Source of the DNA: Octopus sinensis
Taxonomy: Eukaryota
Assembly (NCBI RefSeq): GCF_006345805.1
Contig: NC_043022.1
Span: forward strand, 13,764,001 to 13,828,000
Direction of reading: 5' to 3'
Length of the DNA: 64,000 nt
Of the stretch, positions 1-11,404 are shown in pieces. The stretch's first letter is position 1; each line of letters starts with the position of its first letter. The position numbers were made by a program, and so were the translations under genes. The notes beneath the pieces are model-generated. The model worked only from the letters and a program-made list of their open reading frames with translations, made no database searches and had not been told where the DNA came from.

Positions 1-244
1 ATAAAGAGGTCAGTTTGTTCTTCTAAAACTTGTCAAGGACGTGCCCCAGCATGGCAGCAGTCCAGTTGTTGAGCTCAGTAAAAGGTCAAAGGAAAAGGAT
101 AGAATCCGACAACAGACAATTCCTCCGAGTAAAAATGGTTTGACAAAACTTCTGGAAGCTTGTCATCTGTTTTGTACCTGTTTCAAACCAAAATCTCAGT
201 CTTGTAATATACTCTGCCATGGTTCCTTCTACCCAAGAATTTCA

Positions 245-974
245 TTAACCCTTTCGTTACTGTATTTCTGTTGAGATGCTCTGTGTTTCTTTCAATTACT
301 TTAAATATAACAAAGAATTTAGTAAAATAACTTAGTTATCATTCAGCTAGTGTTAGGAACATAAACTGTGACTAAGGTTTAGTGGAAGATTTTAATTCAA
401 AACTTATGAAATCAAGACATTTGTACTCAGAGCCAGAGCTGGTTTCAGCTGGGTTGGTACTGAAAGGGTTAAGAATTGTTTCTCTATTATATATTTTAAC
501 CCTTTCGTTACTGTATTTATTTTGAGATGCTCTGTGTTTCTTTCAATTAATTTAAATATAACAAAGAATTTAGTAAAGTAACTTAGTTATCATTCAGCTA
601 GTGTTAGGAACATAAATTGTGACTAAGGTTTGGTGGAAGATTTTAATTCAAAACTTATGAAAACAAGACATTTATACTCAGAGCCAGAGCTGGTTTCAGC
701 TGGGTTGGTACTGAAAGGGTTAAGAATTGTTTCTCTATTATATATTTTAACCTTTTTGTTACCATATTTCGGTTGAGATGCTCTGTGTTTCTTTCAATTA
801 CTTTAAATATAACAAAGAATTTAGTAAAATAACTTGGTTATCATTCAGCTAGTTTTAGGAACATAAATTGTGACTAAGATTTGGTGGAAGATTTTAATTC
901 AAAACTTATGAAAACAAGACATTTGTACTCAGAGCCTGAGCCGGTTTCAGCCGGGTTGGTATCGAAAGGGTTAA
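245..974. mobile_element. Three tandem piggyBac-like MITE copies (TTAA-CCCTTTCG...GAAAGGG-TTAA), period about 251 bp
   Basis: TTAA flanks and CCC/GGG termini; copies at about 249-468, 500-719 and 751-970. Confidence 0.85.
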
Positions 975-1692
975 GGGTACAGTAAAGAATCGGTGTTGCT
1001 ATCATACAAGTGATGGGGTTCGTTTCCATTCTTCTGCAGAAACACGTCTGGTTGAAGGGAAACAAAACCTGGTTTAGAATCAGGAGAGGGTTGATGACAG
1101 GTAAGGCATCAGGTGGTTGAAAATATGTCCTGAATAATTCCATTGCACCCATGCAAACATAGAAATGGGAATGGTAAAATTATGATACATATATGGATGT
1201 GTGTATGTGCACATGTGTGTGTGTGTGTATGAATGTGGTGGGGGTGTTTGTTTTTCCCTAACCTGTCTGTCTTTTGTTTTCTGTACAGATAAAATATTCT
1301 TTTCTTATATATATATATATATGTGTGTGTATGTAGAAATTGGTAACATGAAACTCTGAGTAACAGTTTCTGAAGATATTTTGAGCTTCAATAAAAATCA
1401 TATGTGTGTATGTATATATATATATATTTATGTATATGTGTGTGTGTATGTGTATGTATGAATGTATGCATATATATATATATACACACACACATATATA
1501 TATATGTATAAATGTGTGTGTATATGCATACACATATATACATATGCACACACACACACACACATATATATGTATGTATGTATGTGTGTGTATATATATA
1601 CATACATATACACACGATACAATTGTAAATCTATTGTGAGTCACCTGAAGATTGCAGTTGAAAAACTTTGAGGAGTGACTCATGCTGACTCA

Positions 1693-1759
1693 CCTGTGGA
1701 TATTAATCCATTCTCGCAATCAACTTTGAGTACTTTTTTATAGCTAATTGCTAGGCACA
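1693..1759 (-). other. Candidate exon of an unidentified minus-strand gene (VCLAISYKKVLKVDCENGLIST)
   Basis: cacAG acceptor and CAG|GTGAGT donor around a unique 67-nt island between microsatellites; coding status unproven. Confidence 0.3.
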
Positions 1760-2077
1760 CCTGTGTGAAGCCATAGTCATATATAATATATATATGTATA
1801 TATTGTGTGTGTGTGTGCATGCATATATATACATACAAAGGTATAATATATATATACATATATATTGATATATGTATATGCATATACACAGATGTATTTA
1901 TACATGTGTGAGTGTGTGTATGTAATGGTATATTATATATATACATATATACACACACAAATCTATTTTGGCATGGTTTCTACGGCTGCATGCCCTTCCT
2001 AACAGCAATCACTTTATAGAATGTCCTGAGTGCTCCTATGCAGCTCTGGCACAGCTGCATTTCTGTGGCACTGGTAT

Positions 2078-2285
2078 ACTCTTTTACTCTTTTCAGTCAT
2101 TTGACTGCGGCCATGCTGGAGCACCGCCTTTAGTCGAGCAAATCGACCCCGGGACTTATTCTTTTTGTAAGCCCAGTACTTATTCTATCGGTCTCTTTTG
2201 CTAAACCGCTAAGTGACGGGGACGTAAACACACCAGCATCGGTTGTCAAACAATGCTAGGGGGACAAACACAGACACACAAACAC

Positions 2286-2316
<31 letters not shown>

Positions 2317-2488
2317 CATATATACGACAGGCTTCTTTCAGTTTCCGTCTACCAAATCCACTCACAAGGCATTGGTCGGCCCGGGGTTATAGCAGAAGAC
2401 ACTTACCCAAGATGCCATGCAGTGGGACTGAACCCGGAACCATTTGGTTGGTTAGCAAGCTACTTACCACACAGCCACTCCTGCGCCT
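2078..2488 (-). mobile_element. SINE family A (tRNA-like head AGGCGCAGGAGTGGCTGTGTGG, internal TA/TG microsatellite, AAGAGTA tail); other copies at about 2684-3124(+), 6085-6467(-), 7630-7996(-), 18100-18424(-), 30055-30456(-), 40175-40535(+), 40948-41340(+), 46480-46640(-), 47245-47750(-), 53135-53563(-), 59830-59990(-), 61940-62330(+), 63885-64000(-)
   Basis: About 400-bp dispersed repeat seen more than 12 times; source of the recurring PKVPRSGTEPG ORFs. Confidence 0.9.
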
Positions 2489-2888
2489 GGTTGGTTACTT
2501 TTTACATGGCACCACCCAACTGCCCCCCCCCCCCCAAGCCTGCAAGATGCTCAGCTGGAGAGGAAAGCAAGGGACATGCTTGTACGCATGACAGCTATGG
2601 TTTTGCTTGGCCTGACTTTGTCTTCTCAAGCACAGCAAACTGCCAGGAGTCTCAGTCTTCTGTCGTCCCATCTGTGGGGGCCCGCGTAGGAGTGGCTGTG
2701 AGGTAAGTAGCTTGCTTATGAGCCATATGGTTCTGGGTTCAGTCCCACTGCATGGCACCTTGGGAAAATGAGTTCTAATATAGCCTCGGGGCAACCAAAA
2801 CGTTGTGAGTGGATTTGGTAGACGGAAACTGAAAGAAGCCCGTTATATATATGTATATATATATATATATATACATACATATATATAC

Positions 2889-2922
<34 letters not shown>

Positions 2923-3379
2923 TTGTCTTCCCAACATCGCTTGACAACCGATGCTGGTGTGTTTACGTCCCTGTAACTTAGCGGATCGCCAAAAGAGACT
3001 GATAGAATAAGTACTAGGCTTACAAAGAAGAAGTCCTGGGATCGATTTGCTCGGCTAAAGGCGCTGCTCCAGCATGGCCACAGTCAAATGACTGAAACAA
3101 GTAAAAGAGTAAAAAGCGAGAGTATATAAAAGCTGAAGTTTTCTGTGTGTATGTGGACAATTCCCTACGACCGCGATTATCTTCTGACCCTTTCATCCAA
3201 TTTCATTGAAATTTTATACAGAGCTTCATCTGCCACCCAGCAAGGATCGCATCTACGTATTTTAAAAAAAAAATCGATATTTGCGCCTGTTGAGCAGTGT
3301 GAGAAGTGAGATGAGTTGTCCTCACATGTGAGCTTTACTCAATCAGCTGTTAAGTACAGGCAAAGATTGCACGAAAATG

Positions 3380-4200
3380 CTGCCGAAATTAGGCATGAAA
3401 CCAAGACGTTTTGTTTTATTGCTGGGCATAAACGTTTTCTGAAGCAAATGTAGCAAAGGTTTCATTTTTACATTGGTCGTTCACGTTAGGGCGGCCATTT
3501 TGTTATCTTATATAGTCGACATTTTTTAATAGGAAGTATAATATTAAACGTATTTTTTTCTAAGTTGATAATAACTTTGACTGGCGCTAAAAATGTGCAT
3601 TATTCACCGAAATTGTTTGTAGAAAATAATGCAGGGTTGTTAAGAAAAACGAAAGCATTATCACACTTATTGTATTTCGTTTTTATTGGATTCCTTTTTC
3701 CAAACGTAAGGCGTTGTTTAATTAATCGCTCGCTAAGATTTGAGTAAATTAATAGAGTTATTTAACCGTCTGAGGTAAGGTCTTAAAGCACTATTCTGTA
3801 TCGGTTCTTTCCACTTATACTTAGGCCGTCCGTTGGAGTCGTAAGGCTTACAAATTTAATTTCAAGCTATAGTCTTTAATTTTTTGCTTCACATTGCTAT
3901 TGTTTTTCAGTGCTTTGGTATCCGAACAGGTTGGGTTCGTTTTTAAAAACTTTTGTTCCCATAATTTACGACAACTTCTATATTCTTTCGGCTGTACAAT
4001 TTGAGACCTGTTTTAGCGATTCCACCTTTTGCGGCATCAATTGCATGAATCTATTTAATACGTGCGGTCGATGCGAATCTAGCATAAAATAGTTTTACTT
4101 GCAACAATAACAACTCATCTTGAAGTTGTAAAAGTTTTGTCTACACTCGGGTTTATTTTCGCTCTTTGCACTTGAAACAAAAGGTACGCTTCCTTGAGAT
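3380..4200. promoter_or_regulatory. CpG-enriched promoter-like patch of an unidentified gene
   Basis: Non-repetitive and CpG-rich; YY1-like GCGGCCATTTTG near 3492; plus-strand GAG|GTAAGG donor-like site near 3773. Confidence 0.35.
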
Positions 4201-4360
4201 TATTATTTTGCCTATTTCACAACCAAGAATTCCTAAACTATTTCTATGTTAAGTTTAACATTTGACTTTGCATTATTTATCGTATAAGTTCTTGAAACAC
4301 GTTTTCTTCCTTATTCTAACTTCCTCAATGTTTTGTACCTGTTTTATTATTATTATTATT

Positions 4361-4900
4361 GAGTGAGAGAGCAGTGCATGCCATCAAAGTGACACTGGGG
4401 TAAAATATACGAAGCCCAGTATACCCATCATGACTACCTGTCTGATAAGGGTACACTAGGCACATGCATCACAACCATATGTGCACGAGATGGTGATCTT
4501 ATATCAAGATAAACAGTGCATGACCTTGCAAATGGGGCTCAGTCGAGTAACCCATCCCGCAGAAAAGGTCTCTGAATAAGGATTGTTTAAGGATGTTGAA
4601 CGAAACAGCCATGTTTCCAGAAATGAATTATTCAAACTCCATAGAATCCCTCTCAACACATGGCTATGATGCTCCCCCACTACTTCTGCTCATGATCAGA
4701 GATGCAAATATCGTCAGTCACCAAGGGACATGCTCAACTGGTTAAGGTCAAACAACTGACAAGCAAATCTGTCGTATTAAGCAGAATATTTGCTGTAGGC
4801 CATCTTTTATACGAAGACAAAACAATGTACATGATAACACTTCCAATCAGTTAAGACAAGAAGCCATGAGAGCCACTGCTTGCTACTGCATCAGGGCATT
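4361..4900. mobile_element. Unclassified 540-bp interspersed element embedded in (ATT)n
   Basis: Complex sequence bounded on both sides by (ATT)n runs; no ORF and no terminal inverted repeats. Confidence 0.5.
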
Positions 4901-5037
4901 TATTATTATTATTATTATTATTGTTGTTGTTGTTGTTGTGATGGTGGTGGCGGTGGTGGTGTCTCTAGCTTTTTAGAAATTACAATTGTTCTATCCTCTT
5001 TTTCCAGTAGTTTCACTGTCTTTCTTCTCCTTTGATG

Positions 5038-5061
5038 TTACGTATGTATGTATGTATGTAT

Positions 5062-5112
<51 letters not shown>

Positions 5113-5214
5113 TGTACGTATGTATACGTATATATATATAGATGTACGTATGTATACGTATATATATATATAGATGTACGTATGTATACGTATATATATG
5201 TACGTATGTATACG

Positions 5215-5258
<44 letters not shown>

Positions 5259-5335
5259 GATGTACGTATGTATACGTATATATATATAGATGTACGTATG
5301 TATACGTATATATATATAGATGTACGTATGTATAC

Positions 5336-5375
<40 letters not shown>

Positions 5376-5380
5376 ATATA
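5038..5380. repeat. Compound (TA)n microsatellite with repeated GATGTACGTATGTATACG
   Basis: Seen directly. Confidence 0.9.
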
Positions 5381-5501
5381 CAATTATTATGTAATTTAAA
5401 GTTTCCAGAAACAGGTGTTAAGTTTAAAAAAAACTATGAATTCTCTCTTTAGTATTCTGTATTTTTATGCTCTATTTAAAAATATTTCTCTCTCTCTCTC
5501 C

Positions 5502-5547
<46 letters not shown>

Positions 5548-6501
5548 AGGAAAATAAAACAAGGTAGAAAATGCTAAAATAATTTTATGATGAACATTTT
5601 AGTACCGGTTTCAGTCTTTTCAACTTTTTCAGCTTAGAATAAAGCAAGAAAAACAATTAAACTGTGAGAAAACACATGAAATGGTTTTTTAGAATATTTC
5701 CATAGTCTTCAAATAGGTATTTGAATATATACATGTATATATATACGTGTCATCTTCTGGATATGTGTAGTTATATGCATCTATTTATCTCTCTGTATAT
5801 TTATGCGTATCAATATTTGTATATTCACGGATGTTTACAAATGTTTTTCTATGTCAAACCTAATCGTGTTTATCTGCCTCACTATCTCCATATCAGCTCA
5901 CCTAGATATCTTGTTTTGCCACTTTTGACCCGATGGATTTAGTTCTTGATAAAGATTTCAAACTTTTAATCATTCAAGCATTACATGTTTTCTATATTGA
6001 GCATATCTTGTTCTCACCTTTTGACTGTTTCTGTGTGCGTATGTATGTGTGTGTATATATATATATATAATATATATATATATATATACTCTTTTACTTG
6101 TTTCAGTCATTTGACTGCGGCCATGCTGGAGCACCGCCTTTAGTCGAGCAACTCGACCCCGGTACTTATTCTTTGTAGGCCCAGTACTTATTCTATCGGC
6201 CTCTTTTGCCGAACCGCTAAGTGACGGGGACATAAACAAACCAGCATCGGTTGTCAAACAATGCAAGGGGGACAAACACAAACACACACACACATATATA
6301 TACGACGAGCTTCTTTCAGTTTCCGTCTACCAAATCCACTCACAAGTCTTTGGTCGGCCTGAGGCTATAGTAGAAGACACTTGCCCAAGGTGCCACGCAG
6401 TGGGACTGAACCTGGAACCATGTGGTTGGGAAGCAAGCTTCTTACCACACAGCCACTCCTGCGCCTATACATATACATATATATATATATACATACATAC
6501 A

Positions 6502-6547
<46 letters not shown>

Positions 6548-7830
6548 ATATATACATGTGTGTGTGTGTGTATATATATATGTATGAATGTATAGAGTGT
6601 TTGAAGTGGTGTTCAGATATTGTGTATTGAGAATAGGGAGGCAGTCAGAATTTTGGATATTTCTTTATTAGAGCTTTTGTTTGTTTAACGAACTCATCAA
6701 GACAAAATCCGGCCCACAATGGTAAAAACAGAATGCTTCGTTGTTCGTTCATAAGAATCGGATGCTTTTTCGCTTTGTTTAGAAGAGGAAAAATATTGTT
6801 TTGTTCTTTTGGAAAAAGTGAGAGAAAGAGAATGAAAAGCAAAGGCAGTTGGGGGAGCAGAAAAGGACAGAGAGAGGGGGAGGGGTTTCAGGACAATCAA
6901 GAAAGAGGAGAAAAATAATAAAGGATTGTCCTGAAACCTTTCTCTCTCTCTCTCTCTCTCTGTCTATTTCTTCCCCCCTCTCTTTGCTTTTGTTTCTCAC
7001 TCTCCTGGGTTTTCCTAAAAACACAAAAACAATACTCTCCTTTTAAACAAAGCAAAAAAAGCATCCGATTCATTTTCTTGATAAATGAATGAAAATGGTA
7101 AATTAAGAATTATTCAAAACTCTGACTGCCATTAGAGAAAGAGCTGGTTTCTAACCTCAAGGCCCCTTCATTGGAATTTCAACATCAACAACAGGATATT
7201 TTTGTTTGTATGTATGGCACGTAAAAAGCACCCACTACACTCACGGAGTGGTTGGCATTAGGAAGGGCATCCAGCCGTAGAAACATTGCCAGATCAGACT
7301 GGGCCCGGTGCAGCCTTCTGGCTTCCCGGACCCCAGTTGAACCGTCCAACCCATGCTAGCATGGAAAGCGGACGTTAAACGACGATGATGATGATGAAGA
7401 TGTATGTACATGTGTGTTCAGATTTGTATGTTTTCCTTTATGTATGTATTCTCATGCATATAGTTCCATATCTAGACATGCTCATATATATTTAGGTGAT
7501 AAACTTCTGGAAAGTTTTACAGATTTTTACAGTTCCAGTGATGGATTGGATCTGTAGTCTTCAAATTAGCTTTCTCCTTTCTGGCTTTGAGAACCCTAAT
7601 TTATCAAGATTGGTATTTAGGCAGTGAGTTTACTCTTTTTACTCTCTTTTACTTGTTTCAGTCATTCGACTGTGGCCATGCTGGAGCACCGCTTTTAGGA
7701 CTTATTCTTTGTAAGTCTAGTACTTATTCTATCGGTCTCTTTTGCCGAACTGCTAAGTTACAGGGGACGTAAACACACCAGCATCGGTTATCAGGCGATG
7801 TTGGGGGGACAAACACAGACACACAAACAT

Positions 7831-7863
<33 letters not shown>

Positions 7864-8199
7864 CATATACACAACGGGCTTCTTTCAGTTTCCGTCTACC
7901 AAATCCACTCACAAGGCTTTGGTCCAAGCAGTGGGACTGAACTCAGAACCATGTGGTTGGTAAGCAAACTACTTACCACACAGCCACTCCTACGCCTATA
8001 CATGTATGTATGTATGTATGTATGTGATTATGTGTATGTGTGTGTCAGTATTTGTACTTGTCCCCACCAGCTGCTTGACGATTGGTGTTGGTTTGTTTAT
8101 GTCCCTGTAACTTAGTAGTTTAGGAAAAGATACTGATAGAAGAAGTACAAGGCTTTAAAAAAATATGTACTCAAGGTCAGGGATTTATTCAACTGAAAT

Positions 8200-8530
8200 T
8201 GCGGCTGTGATACCAGTGCCGGTGGTACATAAGAGAACCATCCGAATGTGGCCGTTGCCAGCGCCGCCGCGTCTGGCCTCGTGCCGGTGGCACGTAAAAA
8301 GTACCATCCGATCATGGCTGTTGCCAGCCTTGTCTGGCCCCCGTGCCGGTGGCACGTAAAAACCACCCACTACACTCATGGAGTGGTTGGCATTAGGAAG
8401 GGCATCCAGCTGTAGAAACATTGCCAGATCAGACTGGGCCTGGTGCAGCCTTCTGGCTTCCCAGACCCCAATTGAACCGTCCAACCTATGCTAGCAAGGA
8501 AAACGGATGCTAAACGATGATGATGATGAA
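8200..8530 (+). mobile_element. SINE/LINE-tail family C (internal 55-63-bp GGTGGCACGTAAAAAGCACC repeats, (GAT)n tail); other copies at about 7215-7400(+), 13905-14236(+), 14815-15200(+), 28912-29052(-), 29520-29830(-), 31060-31280(+), 36810-37692(+), 38460-38812(+), 43566-44180(+), 51850-52087(+), 52340-52705(+), 54628-54900(-), 55000-55325(+), 59040-59320(-)
   Basis: Shared GGAAGGGCATCCAGCTGTAGAAAC...CCAACCCATGCTAGCATGG...(GAT)n 3' end; same tail type as the RTE LINE. Confidence 0.9.
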
Positions 8531-8649
8531 AACTCATTGTGGGCAGTGCCTAGGCAGGGCTGTTGTCCAATAACTGGAGAAAGTAAATGAAAAAGAAGGG
8601 AGAAAGAGGGAATGAGACAAATAAGAATAGTAGTAATGATGATGATGAT

Positions 8650-8960
8650 AAGGTATGCTATAAGGAAGTAAAAAAAGGCGATCGATATGATAGGTTAGCT
8701 TGGGAGGTTAAGCAGTTGTGGTTGATGAAAAGAGTGGTAGTGGTACCAATAATTTTTGGAGACCTGGGAACAGTGAGTAAAATTCTTGAGAAGTACATGG
8801 AACAAATAGGGGCTGCAATAAGGGTGGAGCATTTGTAGGAAACAGCACTGCTTGGAACCGCTCGAATACTCCGGAAGGTGCTTGAAAAATAGGGGGTGTT
8901 ACCTTAGTTCACTGGTAGTGAACAGCTGATATCATTGTACATCTTAAGCTGTGCAAAGGC

Positions 8961-8993
<33 letters not shown>

Positions 8994-9029
8994 AATAGTA
9001 ATGATAATAATAATGATAATAATAATAAA
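8650..9029 (+). mobile_element. 3' fragment of an RLE-type (R4/Dong-like) non-LTR retrotransposon plus (AAT)n tail
   Basis: YDRLAWEVKQLW...VVPIIFGDLG...(*)ETALLGTARILRKVLEK resembles the RLE-clade C-terminus; internal stop. Confidence 0.65.
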
Positions 9030-9463
9030 GTGGAAGATAGGAAACATTTAAAAAAGAAATAAATATTTTATGACGCAGGCAGCCTGTGGCTTGCCCAGAC
9101 TTGAGAATTGAGAGAAGATAAGGAACAAAAGGCTGTGAAGAGGGGATGTGTGTGGGGGATTGAATGATACAGTGGGGGTGGGGCTCCTTATACTGTGAGT
9201 AATTGATTTTTATGAAGGGATTTAATGGGGGGGGCAGGGCTTATTGCTTATCATCATTGGAAGGTTCTTTAATATTCTAAAGGTCAGCAGACCCAGAGCT
9301 ACACACACTCTCTCTCTCCTACCAAACATACACATAAACGCACTCACTCATACTCACACACACACACACAAATAGATATAAACTTATACATAGGGTAAGG
9401 GTGATTAGGTGATGGCCTAGGGCTTAGGGCAGGAGATCCCAGACCTTGGGAAAAAAAACCCAC

Positions 9464-9624
9464 TTTGGTCGGCTTGTTGTAGTCGAGGGCTCTTCCTTGA
9501 CGCCCGACACCACTGGGAGGTGGCCCTCGAAGTCGGTGGAAATGGAGATCTCCGGGTCCAAACTCTTGAACGGCTGCTGCTGCTGATGATGATAGTACTG
9601 ATGATGATGATGATTTCTCAGTGG
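9464..9624 (-). other. GC-rich orphan exon-like segment
   Basis: Pyrimidine tract + AG, AAA|GTGGGT donor, open in two frames; no gene assignment. Confidence 0.3.
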
Positions 9625-10367
9625 CTCAAAGTAAACAACAATTACAAAGATAAAGAGAAGGCATTTTGATTTATTTATTGCTGACAGGATTAGATTTCTG
9701 CTCCTTGATTCATTCGTTGATTCATTCACAAAGAAAGTATTTCGTTTGTTTGCTGCAAGGAAACAGTCAGCCTGAGAGGCCATGTACTTAGTGACCGGCA
9801 TACTTGTTTGCCCTTGCTCAATCAGATATTGATCTTTGGACTATAGATAAAGGAGCAGATGTTAATGTGGGGTTTAAAAGGCTTACTTGAAAACCATGTG
9901 GTCTCAAGTGCCATCCCACCTTTGGGAAGTGTCTTTTATTACCAACGCCTTGTGAGTGGATTTGGTAAATGGAAACTGTATGGAAGCCTAACATGTGTGT
10001 GTGTGTGTGTATGTATGTGTGTGTGTGTGTATGTGAGTGTGTTATGGTTTCATTGTATTGACCAGACAGACTATCAAACGTTATATATCGCTGGTCACAG
10101 TGCGCTTTACATTGTGTTAGCTTCTGAATGATGTCATCCTGTTGGCTAGGTGGGTAGGGCCAAACATTGCCCCCTGATCGGAAGATTAGTCCATCTCAGG
10201 GAGACCCATTGACTGCTGAGTGGATTGGAACAACTTGAGACGAAGTGTTTTGCTCAAGAACACTATGTGAAACCTTGTCCAGGAATTGAACCCTCAATCT
10301 AGCATTTGTAAGTGCAATGCCCTAACTACTAGACCATGCATATATGTGTATATATATGTATATATAA

Positions 10368-10590
10368 AAGGCGGCGACCTGGCAGAATCGTTAGCATGCC
10401 GGGTGAAATGCTTAGCGGTATTTCGTTTGTCGTTACGTTCTGAGTTCAAATTCCGCCGAGGTCGACTTTGCCTTTCATCCTTTCGGGGTCGATAAATAAA
10501 GTACCAGTTACGCACTGGGGTCGACTTAATCCCTTTGTCTGTCCTTGTTTGTCCCCTCTATGTTTAGCCCCTTGTGGGTAGTAAAGAAAT
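10368..10590 (+). mobile_element. SINE family B (AAGGCGGCGAGCTGGCAGAATCG head, Nin-like GTCGACTTTGCCTTTCATCC core); other copies at about 12044-12455(+), 15903-16136(+), 18445-18585(-), 21118-21277(-), 23130-23635(-), 32135-33090(-), 38828-39040(+), 44735-44940(+), 45388-46012(+), 48820-49392(+), 50205-50870, 53950-54185(+)
   Basis: About 230-bp dispersed repeat with more than 20 units, often multimeric; the Nin-domain resemblance is from memory. Confidence 0.9.
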
Positions 10591-10952
10591 ATATATGTAT
10601 GTATATATGCGTTGGGCAAATTATATGATAAAATGAGGAGGTTGCAAAAAGTATTAGTCTGAGTGAAAGGTGGTAACAGAGAGAGGGTGACTTATATGAG
10701 TGAAGGTGAGAACAGCGGTGACAATGGGATGAGAACATGTCGAACAAACATGTAAATAATTTAAAAAGGAAAAAATCCTCAACGAAATATTTTGGCAAAA
10801 AATTGCACAAATCTGTCCTGGCCAAGAAGTCTATCTGACGGGGAAGGCATGCTCTGACATGAAATATATAAAAATTTATATAAGACATTCTATTGTAAAA
10901 ATTGCCTGGTAACGATGTCGTGGAGACATCAAGGCAACCTTGTATTTGTTTA

Positions 10953-11404
10953 AGTAGAGACTTCAAACTTGAAATTTTCAAAGCCACAGTCAAACCAATT
11001 CTACTATATGGCTCAGAAACCTGGACGTTATCAAAGAAGCTTGATACGCGGTTGGATGGAACCTACACTCGCCTCCTTATGAGAGCTCAAAATCTCTCGT
11101 GGAAATGCCATCCAACTAAAATGCAAATATATGGGAAACTACCACCTGTGTCATCTCTTGTGAAAGGTAGGAGAGTCCAGTTTGCTGGACATTGTTGTAG
11201 AGCTGAAAAAGAGGCAATTTCTACTCTTCTCCTCTGGAAGCCATCTACTCGCAATGCCAGAGGGCACACACTCTCCTACCCTGATGTAATCTCCAGGGAT
11301 ACAGGCATCCAGCAACAGGACCTCCGTAATGCCATGATGGACCGTGAAGTCTGGCGTAGCATGGTAAATTCCATTGTCTCGACCACGGTCGAACAATGAT
11401 GATG
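10953..11404 (+). mobile_element. 5'-truncated RTE-clade LINE with (GAT)n tail and 9-bp TSD ATTTGTTTA
   Basis: ILLYGSETWTL...RRVQFAGHC...DREVWR post-RT C-terminus, no stops; TSD at 10944-10952 and 11405-11413. Confidence 0.88.

Noticed and set aside
2253-2794. Recurring ORFs with [20 protein letters not shown] or FQSFDCGHAG peptides
   Set aside because: Chance translations of SINE families A and C repeated throughout the window
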